The notes beneath the pieces are model-generated. The model had not been told where the DNA came from and searched no databases. It saw only the letters and a program-made list of their open reading frames with translations. Both the position numbers and the translations under genes were made by a program. 64,000 bases of DNA from Felis catus (Eukaryota), in contig NC_058368.1 of NCBI RefSeq assembly GCF_018350175.1, positions 236,036,001-236,100,000 on the forward strand, given 5' to 3'. This document shows positions 25,995 to 36,148 of the stretch, piece by piece (the stretch's first letter is position 1; each line of letters starts with the position of its first letter).

Positions 25995-28900
25995 AAAAGT
26001 TACTTATATAAGCATATTCAACACACATACAAAATGTGTGAATAAGCTTCTTCTTACTTTCCTGATTTCTCTTGGAAGCACCCCCGCTGGAGCATGTCCC
26101 TTGTCCCTGGGATTGTGCTGTGCCCTTCAGTGTACAAGCTCCCCCCACCCCCCGTGCTGTTCAGAGCCCTTTGGGAATATCTGTCCCGCGAAACGCAGAG
26201 CACGTGAGACCCGCTCATCTCCCAGGTGTCTTCCTTCCTTCCTGGGCTCGTGAAGGGGAACCGCCCCTTCCCCCTCGGCCCGCTCTCACTTCCAAGTACT
26301 CTAGTCTCCAGAGACATTGCCATTGAGAGCAGCACGTGTTTAGCGAACCACTTCCTTTCTGGGTTGGGCCACGTTTCCCCAAAACTCAGCCCGAAGCAGC
26401 CTCTGGATTTGGACCCCCTGGCTCTGCACTTGGGTTATAGGCACGTGAGCCCACGGGTCATGGCGGGCGGCAGCCTGTGGGCCCACTTCAGCTGTACGGT
26501 CTTGTCTACCCCATAAATGGGTACCGTGCACGTCTCCGTGCCCAGCCTCCTGCTGTGACGAGACCGTAAGGCTTGAACACGCACCAGCACGCGGGGAACT
26601 CCAGAGACCCGGATATGTGACAAGGTAGCACCCCCCTCAAACACCTGGAAACGATGCCATTTTTGTTTTCTGTTGCCATCAACAATTTTACTTCTCACAT
26701 GAACCCAGAATACGAACTGGAAGGAGGAAATAAGAGATGCCGGAAGCAGAGCAGTGATGATAATACACAGAGTACGGCCGCACACGGTTTCAGGCTGCTA
26801 GTAAATATCTGACTCTTCCGAGTATATGAATGACGGCTCCAATGACTTGCCTACTGAGAAGAAGAATCCAACTCAATTTCAACATGCGGGGGCCTAGTGG
26901 AGACCAGCGACAGTCAGATGCAGAAGTGCGTATATGACAGTGCCACTCGCAACCCTGCTAATTAAATGAGGGTTCTCATAGAGGAGAAAGGGCGATGGTT
27001 ATCATCCAGGGTCACCGGTCTTCGGAAAGTGTTTAAGTCTTGCACGTTTTTAGAAAAGAGGGGAGGAGGGAAGGCACGGGGGGCCACCTACTCGATGTTG
27101 GCCAACGGCAGATTACAAAGAAAATCTGTTTTCAACCCGTTCTTTAAAAGGAAGAAAGAGAGTCACCGTGTGGACCGTTTGTGTTTCCTACTCCCTGTCA
27201 CCACCCTCCCCCGGCCTGTTCGTTCGGGTGGGCGTCTTGGCCCGACCCCAGTAAGATGCTTCCAGAGAGGTTGTGACAGCCGTTGACTGATGCGTTGTCT
27301 TGCCAGCCTGTCAGGGTAATCCAATAGCTTGCTAATTTAAGGCAAGGTCTTTATTCGAAAACATCAAACGTGTTTTATTGTGCACATGTGCGTCGGGCAC
27401 TACCCTGCCGACATAGAAGCTTTTGCTCATTTCAATAAATCAGCCATGTGAAGCACCAAAAGGCAAATGTGCTTGAGGGTTTGGGGGATCGGAGGGTTCG
27501 CTAACGCGCAGAGGCTTGGGAAGAGCGCTCGGGGCGCTCCCCAGAATTCCTGGGAGGTGGTAAGGACGGTAAGCCTGTGAAGAACGTGTCCAGTCTACAC
27601 CAAAAAGACAATCCCCGGGGTTGATAAAAAGGTGGAACGTTTCCTACAGGTGAGCTCCACCGATCAAGGGATAAACAGGACTTTTGTTTCCACTTTGGAA
27701 AGATGCACTGCAGATTCCCCCTGTGCTTTTGAAGTAAGCTTTGAAGGCTTCCAGAGCCTGGGGAGGGGTGTGCGGAGTGTGGGGGGGCAGGTCCTGTGCA
27801 CTTGGAGGCTGGGCTTCTCTTCACCCGGGAGAGGACAGAGTCCCGCACACTGACACAACGTGTTGATCTGAAATGCCAGAGAGAAGGGCCGCACAGGGCT
27901 TGCTGGGGTCACCAGAGGCCAGGAAAGCTCCAGGGAAGTTACACATCTCTTCCCGCTGAGTTACACCAGCAGCAAACGTGAACGTTTTACAAACTTGTTC
28001 GTTGACTCTACAAGCTCTTTTCAAAGGGGCACGTGACGCTTACCGTTAAGGGGGTCTGGCAATTGGCGTCGCCTTTAAGGGCCAGCCCAGCACGCGCTAC
28101 CCTTTGGGACCCCCGTGAAGTCTTCCAGAACCTTCTTGGAAATATCAGGCGGCCTCCAGAGGGATCACGGCATCGCTGCGGCACAGCGGTGGTTTTTCTG
28201 ACCCTGGGACCCTCTGAGGGGTTAGGATTTGAGGCGGCGTGGAAAAGTCCGAAGAGGAAGCGCTCCTCTTCCGTCGATCTGGGCAATTCTTGAGGAGCAA
28301 CTCTCTCCCTCCCTGCCATACCCCGGCTGCTTCCCCAGTCCCAAACTCCAGCCTCTATGCTGATGGTTGTGGGCGGTTAATTTCATACAAAACTGACTGG
28401 CTTTGCAAAAAACAATAAGAAAGAGTAGTTATCACAGATTTAATCCCTTAGAGAATAACCCAAGCACTTCGCTTTCCTCGTGTCAGCTCAAGATGAGCTC
28501 TCTTAAACAAAGGCCTTACACTGTGTTTGTTTCTTCTTTGTTGTCATTTCTCACAAGGTAAGCAAGGACAGGGACCAGGTTGGTAGACTCTTCCTCAGTA
28601 ACACACATCATCGTGCAGCATTTCGAGGAAGTGGGAAGCCGTGAACAAGGCTGGCTGTTCAAAGATCTCCGGCCTGAGCAGTGGCCCTGGTTTTGTTTTG
28701 TTTTGTTTTTTTTTAAACCAGATGTTGGTTTAGGGCAACGGAGGCAGCGAGGTGGTCACATGGACGCCACATTGTGGGAAATTCACAGAAACTGGAACAG
28801 GATACAGACAAATTATGTATGACAATACATCCAGGCATTTCCATCTTTTTTAAAATGCACCATTAACCAAAAGTCCGTATAGGGTTTCCTCCAAGGGCCC

Positions 28901-29911
28901 TATATCATCAGCAATATGTAAATGTTGTCTTTGTCAGTTTATTTTTCCAGGTGAAAACTCTTCCTGTCTGTGAAAGAAGCCTTTGTGGCCACAGCTCCCT
29001 GGTTGGCCGTAAAGTCAGAAGGGATCCAGTTCCTGTGGAAAATGTGCCGTCTCAACTCTAAATCTGGAATCAAGTCGTCAGAACACTGGGTGATAAACAG
29101 ACGGCCTTGTTCTTATTAGATTCCAGAAAGGGATGGTAAGGGGTTCTTCCCCCCGCGGGCATGGGGGAGACGCTGGGAGAATGTTCCCCTGTCCGTTCCT
29201 GTGAAACTGTGCTCCTTCTGTAAACGTGACTCGTGTTTGGGGGTAAAGGGGACCGTTGGTGTCTCTCTTCCACAAATTCTGTTTATGGCAATAGCTTTCC
29301 GCGAAAGCAGCCACAATCCTTCTCTGAGAGTGAACTTTTTGCTGGAGGACAGCCGAACGGGGGAGCACTCTGGTGGCATTTCACAGATAGCCAGGACACC
29401 GGGTCACAGAGCAGGGCTTTGCTGGTGGAAGTGTGTCCTAAGAAACAGTGACAGAGGGGCGTCTACCGCCGGATGGCCTCTCTCTCCTTGGATGTTTCGA
29501 CTGTATTATTTCAGAGAAGCCAGCATCTAGGAGAAAGGCCCGAAGCTGGCATCACATCCTGGTTTTGTGGGACTCACCTGCCAGGCTCTGATCCCCCAAA
29601 CACGTCCTCACCCTGCACCTTGGGGTTTTACCCTCGGGACTGTGTGCTGGGGACACGGGCTGATGGCCGGGGCCCCGCACGAGCGAGAGGAAGTGGGAGG
29701 GTGTTTTCACAGGCAAACCACCTGGACGGTGGGAAATGAGAATAGGCTGTAATCACACACAGCTTTTTAACTTAAAAGAAATATCAGAGGGTAGGTAATG
29801 AGTGACGGAAGGCGTGAGCTTCTGCTTGTGTTGTTTTGTGTTGAAAGAGTCAAAAGTGCCTTTGACGGGGCTCTCCACGTAGAACTTATCAGAACATAAT
29901 ATACTATCATA

Positions 29912-30118
29912 TTTTTTTTGATGTTTATTTATTTTCGAGAGAGAGATACAGCACAAGCAGGGGAGGGGCAGAGAGAGAGGGAGACACAGAATCCGAAGCA
30001 GGCTCCAGGCTCCGAGCTGTCAGCACAGAGCCTGATGCGGGACTCGAACTCACGAACCACGAGCTCATGACCTGAGCTGAAGTCGGACGCTCCACCGACT
30101 GAGCCACCCAGGCGCCCC
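29912..30118 (-). mobile_element. Can-SINE
   Basis: Full SINE body ending gagccacccaggcgcccc. Confidence 0.96.
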
Positions 30119-30189
30119 TATATTGTAATATTTTAAAACTACAGTCACGGGACGCGTACTCCAGGCTTCACCTGAGTATAATATTCACA

Positions 30190-30340
30190 ACAGCCTGTGT
30201 TTTAACCTCACGAAATGCGCACAAAACTGTGCGATTATTCTCAGCAGTTTGCAGATGACACTGAAATTTAAGTAATTTGCTCAAAGCCTCTGTTTGACCA
30301 ACGAGATCAAGTGCCGGGATGGGACCCCGCAGAGTCAGAA
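30190..30340 (-). mobile_element. MIR relic
   Basis: attattctcagcagtttgcagatgacactgaaatttaagtaatttgctcaaag. Confidence 0.5.
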
Positions 30341-32753
30341 AACACCTTGCACCCAGAGCTGTGGGGGCTGAGACACGTGGGCTCCCACGGTTGCTCAGGC
30401 TGACGATGCGCCACCCTGTGGCCCATTTTGCACACGAGCTCCAGCTCAGCTGAGACAGAGGTCCACGCGGGTCCAAGGAGATGCTCAGCGGCCAGCAGCC
30501 TGGGGCCAGGTCCTGGCTCTCTGCTGGTTACAGTGACCTCCAGGGAGCTTTTCCCCTTCCTTTGCTTCCACTTCCCCACCCATAAAATGTGGATGAGTCA
30601 AATTCTCTGCCACGGAGCTCCGGGATCCCATGGAGGAGAATTCGGAGAACTCTGGCCGAGCTGGTCAGCCCTCTAGAAGAGTCAGCCACGATCCCGTGTG
30701 CCACACAGTGGTGGCAGCACAGCCACATGGTGATGGCTGCGCAGGTGATCATATCGGCATACATCCTACTGCAATTTTAAGCATTTCATGCAACTTACGT
30801 GAAGGATCCTCCTAATCACCCACATACGTTGACTCAGCTCTTGGTCTTTAGATCAATTTCCTGTTGCAAGCGATGTTCAGACAGTGCGTGAAAACAGACA
30901 AGCCGCCACTGAGTCTGGCGAGTGGAGGGCGGGTGGATAAAGCACAGGAGGAGAAGAGCCCAGGGTGGCACTGAGCCATGAGCTTGGTGGTTGAGCCAGA
31001 AATGCAGAGAGGCTTTCTGGGGGGTGGGGGGAGTCCATGCTGAGTCCTGTGGCACCAGAGGAGCGGGACAGGTCACTGCTGCCGCAGGGGGGTCTTCTGG
31101 AGGGAGACACGGGGATGGATCTTGCGCTAGATGGTCATGAGGGTCAACATCAGTGAGAAGAAGGGGGAGGAAGCAGTTTGGTCAAAGAGAGAAGTCAACC
31201 TGGGATGCAGACCCACATTCCCATCCAACTCAGAGGGATCTCTGGGAACACGTTTCTCATCAGAGATTCTGGTGTGGGGACTCAGGTTACCCAGAAGGAC
31301 AAGGGTATGACCTCTCAACTGAGGGGACCCTGAAGGGTTGACACCACATCTTGGCAGCATGTTCTTCTGTGCAAGGGTATCTGGGAAGCCGGCACCTCTC
31401 TGGGTTGACTGCAGACAACCTATTGAAGGCGATGTAGCTGGGGCCATATGCACCTGCTCTAGCCAACATACTGTATCAGATCGAGTGACCAGAAGTGGGT
31501 TAAATGCTTGGTAGGGCTTGTGGAAGTCTGTGTCATCCTTTAGAAAACCCACTCATTTCTATATAGACCAGACTGGTCAATCAAACGGATGCCAGAGGAA
31601 CCACCAGCCCTGTACCCTTTCGGTCCCTACTATCGGCACTGATTTCCATCATGACTTCTGGGATGCAATATTATTTGTGATCTACCTTGATCGGGTTGAT
31701 GAGGGGGGACTTTTGCCGTGATAGTGTTTTCCACACTGCCCAAACTGGGGGCCCATGTTGAAGGTTGTCCAGCTGCCAGGTTTGTCAATCCAACCATCTA
31801 TTTGGTCACCAAGGAAATGGGCACCAAGTGGGTCCACTGGCCCAACAGATTCCTTGTAAGTTGGGTCTTGGACAGGACTCCGGTTATCAGCTGACACCAT
31901 GCATACCCACTCTAATGTAGGGAAAACACGACAACACGTTGGCTCTCTGCCTCTCAGTGTGATCTCAGACACTGTCTCCAACCATTTTCACAATAGCTGT
32001 GTGTCCCCAGTCCCTAAAATACAGGTACCATGGTAAATGGCCACGGGTTCCTTGAGGAAACAAAGGGAGAATTGCTACCACGTGCCGTTGTCACGGTGCT
32101 GTGAAACTTCTTCGGCTGCTGGGCTCTAGCTCTGTCACTGGCTGGAATTTGGGTCAGGGATCGGCACATTTTCCTGAGATGAGTGCCTTCAGTCTCTCAG
32201 CCATGTCCCCTTGATTCCCTCTGCTGTTATAACCCGATCAGTACTGTAGCCATCTGGGGAAGCTGATGGCCATCTCAGGAACACTCCACGGGTCAGGCCT
32301 TCCCGGATTCCACTTCATCTGTCAGTCATTAAGAAAAGTGTCACCTCGTGGCCCCAGCATCGGACCTCCATTGTCTCCGGGTCCTGTCATCTCCATGACC
32401 ACTCATGAGAGAAGCCCTTTCCCATCTCCCCCATCATCACCCAGGCCTGCAGATGAGAAGCACCACCAAACATCACCTGCTTCTTCTCACCAGAACATTC
32501 CATACAGCTTTGGGAAAGGGGAGTCCTCTGGGCCTTCTTGGAAAATGTGGCGGGGCCCGTGGTTAGCCACAGTTATAGCCACTGCAGCATATGCCCCCTT
32601 CTCAGCCTTTTTAGTCCTCCCTCCGTGGTCTGCCACAGTGATTCTGTCATCTCGGCTGATTATAGACACCGTTCTGCCCAGACACCTGTGCTCTGTTCTA
32701 GCAGGAAGTATGTCCCATCCTGCGGGGTCCTTGCAAAGGTGGTCATTTCTTTT

Positions 32754-32981
32754 TTTTTTTTTTATTTTTTTAAAATTTTTTCATTTATTTTTGAGACAGA
32801 GAGAGACAAAGCACAAGCAGGGGAGGGGTAGAGAGAGGGGGGGGGGGACACAGAATCCGCAGCAGGCTCCAGGCTCCGAGCTGTCAGCACAGAGCACGAC
32901 GCGGGGCTCGAACTCACGGCCCGTGAGATCGTGACCTGAGCCGAAGTCGGACGCGTAACTGACCGAGCCCCCCAGGGGCCC
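32754..32981 (-). mobile_element. Can-SINE inserted in the ERVL relic
   Basis: TSD TGGTCATTTCTTT on both sides. Confidence 0.96.
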
Positions 32982-33163
32982 GGTTGGTCATTTCTTTATG
33001 TAGGAAGAACACTCAAGCTAATAGACTCTTCCCCATCAACTTTATGTTCTGGTGCCCTTTGATCGAGCATCCTCAAAACCCGAGGCTAGACATACTCCCT
33101 TGTGCCTGCTGGTACACACTGGTGAGGTTTCAAAGATCCCTTGGGGCTTAATCTCTTTCTTCT

Positions 33164-33790
33164 TGTATTAGTTTCCTGTGGCTGCTGTAACAAATTTCCG
33201 CTGACCGGGTGGTTTAAAGCAACGGAGATCATTCTGTCACCGTTCCGGTGGTTAGAAGTCTGAAATCAAGATATCAGCAGGGCCACGTTCCCTGTGAGAC
33301 CCCGAGTGGATCCACCCCTGCCTTGCGGGTGGTGGTCGTGGTGCTTGTCGGTGTCAGCTTGTGGCTGCCTCTCTCCGTCTCTGCCTTTGAGCACATATGA
33401 CTTATCGCACATGGCGTCATCTCTTCTTTTTTCTTTATTTTAGAGACAGACAGACAGACAGAGTGCTCGAGTGGGGGAGAGATGCAGAGGGAGAGGGGGA
33501 GAGTCAAAGCAGTTCCATGCTTAGTGTGCTGACGTGGCCCTCGATCTCATGACCCTGGGGTCATGACCTGGGCTGAAATCAACTTGGACACTCAACCAAC
33601 TGAGCCACCCAGGCGCCTCTATTTTATCTTACAAGGACACCAGTCACGTTGGGTTAGTGGTTATCCTAAGGGCTTCATTTTAACTTTTTCTTATCTACAA
33701 AGGGTCTATTTCCAAATAGTGTCAATTCCACAGGAAAGGGGGTTAGGATCTCAACACATCTTTCTGTGGAACGCATTTGAGCCCATGACA
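33164..33790 (-). mobile_element. MLT1 (MLT1B/C-like) LTR, interrupted by a SINE
   Basis: tgtattagtttcctgtggctgctgtaacaaat...tagaagtctgaaatcaag...cttacaaggacaccagtca...ends catgaca. Confidence 0.88.
33425..33619 (-). mobile_element. Diverged Can-SINE inside the MLT1 LTR
   Basis: catgacctgggctgaaatcaacttggacactcaaccaactgagccacccaggcgcc. Confidence 0.92.
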
Positions 33791-34057
33791 TCTCCTTTAG
33801 ACATGCCGGGTGAGTTATGTTGCCACTTAACCTAGTCCCAGATCTAGAAGACGGAATGTTAAGTGGAGGCTGATCTTGGAGGAGCACCATTCACCTTTCA
33901 GGGAAGAAGCTTCTGTATTGTCCTCTAGCATAGAGAGGTTATCCTGCCTCATACCTGGGAAAGATGGGACAATTCTACAGATTCTGAAGTTTCTGAGGCA
34001 CCTGAGGACTCAAATATTTGGGAGTGCCTTCCAAGGAACGTCCAGCCCACGGGTCTT

Positions 34058-34426
34058 TGTCATGGACTGAGTGTTTGTATTCCCCCATCCATATGTTGAA
34101 ACCATAGTGCCCAGGATGAAGGTATTTCAAGACGAGGACTTTGCGAGGGAAACAGATTTAGGTGAGCTCATGAAAATAAAGCCCCCATGACGAGATTCGT
34201 GTCCTTTTGACAAGAGGGAGAGAGCAGGGCTAGGATCTCTCTTAATCCACACTCCCATTGAGGAAAGACCACCTGATAACATAGCAAGAAGGTGGCCGGG
34301 AGTCCTCTCCAGGAACAAAATTGGCCAGCGCCTAGATCTGGACATCCAGCCTCCAGAACCATGAGAAATAAATGTGAATTGTTTAAATCACCCAGTCTGT
34401 GGTGTTTTGTTATGGCAGCTAAGATA
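34058..34426 (+). mobile_element. MLT1A-like LTR
   Basis: tgtcatggactgagtgtttg...ggacatccagcctccagaaccatgagaaataaat...cacccagtctgtggtgttttgttatggcagc. Confidence 0.9.
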
Positions 34427-34983
34427 GCATCTCAGAGGTTTTCAACTGGGGACCTAAGCTTGGCAGAATAGAACTACTGTGGTTGGACGTTTAAACTTCC
34501 ATGATTTCGTCTTTAGCATTTTCTGTCCAGCCCCTCCGCCGAATGATAGGTTCTTTGTATGTGACCAGAATCTGTCTGGCCTTCGCTTAGCTGCCTATTC
34601 TCTCCTAGCAGGACGTCAGGGGAACTCAGCCACGGTGCCCCAATCCTGTGTGGTTGTACCTAGAGTCTCCACCTCACATCGCCAGGTCCTAGTCTGCACA
34701 AGGAAGTCTACTTCCTTCCACAGGTACATCCCCCAGCTCCCCTTTGCGGGAAGGTCAGTATTGTTGGAGTAAGAATTAGAACACAGGAGATCAAATCTTC
34801 GGTAACAGTCTTGTCCCGTACATGTTGTACCCTTAGTTGATTTCATATGAAATCGAATACTCCATACCATTCTATGCTAATCATTCATCAAGGGTGAATT
34901 ACTGCATGAGTAGCTTAAGTGCAGAGCTTAAATTTTAAGTATTACTGAAAATGTCTTTCAGTATTAAGTACGCTCTAATATTA

Positions 34984-35182
34984 TTATTTTTAAATTTTTT
35001 TTAACATTTATTTATTTTTGAGAGACTGAGAGAGACAGACCTCAAGCAAGGGAGGGGCAGAGAGAGGGAGACACAGAATCCAAAGCAGGACCCGGGCTCT
35101 GCGCTGTCAGCACGAACCCACAAACCATGAGACCATGACCTGAGCTGAAGTCGGACGCTTAACTGAGCCCCCCAGGTGCCCC
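34984..35182 (-). mobile_element. Can-SINE
   Basis: SINE body with an internal deletion; flanks tacgctctaatatta and tatgctctaatatta. Confidence 0.94.
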
Positions 35183-35272
35183 AAATATGCTCTAATATTA
35201 ATACCTGATCCTTGAGGAGTCAGCTTTTTTCCCGCCTTCTCAAATTCATTCTATAGATTATCTCTTCATTCA

Positions 35273-35499
35273 TTTTTTTTTTTAATTTTTTTCCAACGTT
35301 TATTTATTTTTTTTGGGACAGAGAGAGACAGAGCATGAACGGGGGAGGGGCAGAGAGAGAGGGAGACACAGAATCGGAAACAGGCTCCAGGCTCTGAGCC
35401 ATCAGCCCAGAGCCCGACGCGGGGCTCGAACTCACGGACCGCGAGATCGTGACCTGGCTGAAGTCGGACGCTTAACCGACTGCGCCACCCAGGCGCCCC
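35273..35499 (-). mobile_element. Young felid SINE (SINEC_Fc-type)
   Basis: CpG-rich, little-diverged body; perfect 17-bp TSD GATTATCTCTTCATTCA at 35256-35272 and 35500-35516. Confidence 0.98.
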
Positions 35500-36112
35500 G
35501 ATTATCTCTTCATTCAACTGATGAAGGATTTGTCTCACCAGCTTCGAGATTCCAAGAGTAAAAGAATCATGTCTTCACGTCTGAGACTCTTAATTGAGAA
35601 AATTACTCACTGTATGTCTGCCATCTAGTAAATGATGCAAATCTGGAGATCTTCACAAGGGTTTTCAGTGATTTTAAGGGAGAGTAGCTCCTTACCCTTT
35701 GAAAAGGATAATTGCCTTCAGAGAAGAAATAAATACTCCCCCAACAATGAATATCATTCACGCTTTTCTCCCGTGTGGAGATTCGCTTGGAAATTTGGAG
35801 ATGCTAAAACTAATTGCAGACAACGCGACTAGGGAACTCCCGGACTATGCAGGGAAGTGACTAGAGGTGCACTATTATTTAATTTATCAGCTACACCTTC
35901 CTGCAAGCTGGTACTTAATTCTACCCGTCGTGTTTCTGGAGGGTATCGGTTCCCTTTAGATGGATTCCGGCAAATGTTCTCCTTCTCAGTTCAAATCTAA
36001 AGTCTCTTTAGCAGACAGGAAAGGGCTGAATAAAATAATTGATAAATTCATCTCTGTAATTTTGAGCAGTGAATCCATAACCATTAGATTGAGTATGTAT
36101 ATGTAGGTAAGT

Positions 36113-36146
<34 letters not shown>
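36113..36146 (+). repeat. (CA)n microsatellite
   Basis: Seen directly. Confidence 0.95.

Positions 36147-36148
<2 letters not shown>

Larger units (their letters stand above)
30900..34870 (-). mobile_element. Degraded ERVL / ERVL-MaLR internal region (gag, protease and partial pol relics), interrupted by later insertions
   Basis: Minus-strand peptides resemble ERV-L proteins as I recall them: EGPEDSPF (gag), VGPVDP...GWIDKPGSW (protease region) and DFHKPYQAFNPLLVTRSDTVCWLEQVHMAPAT (RT N-terminus, cf. DYRKLNQVVTPIAAAVPDVVSLLEQINTSPGT). Boundaries are approximate. Confidence 0.78.

Noticed and set aside
32266..32934. 222-aa plus-strand ORF
   Set aside because: It is a chimera of antisense ERVL gag relic and a SINE, with no recognisable domain.
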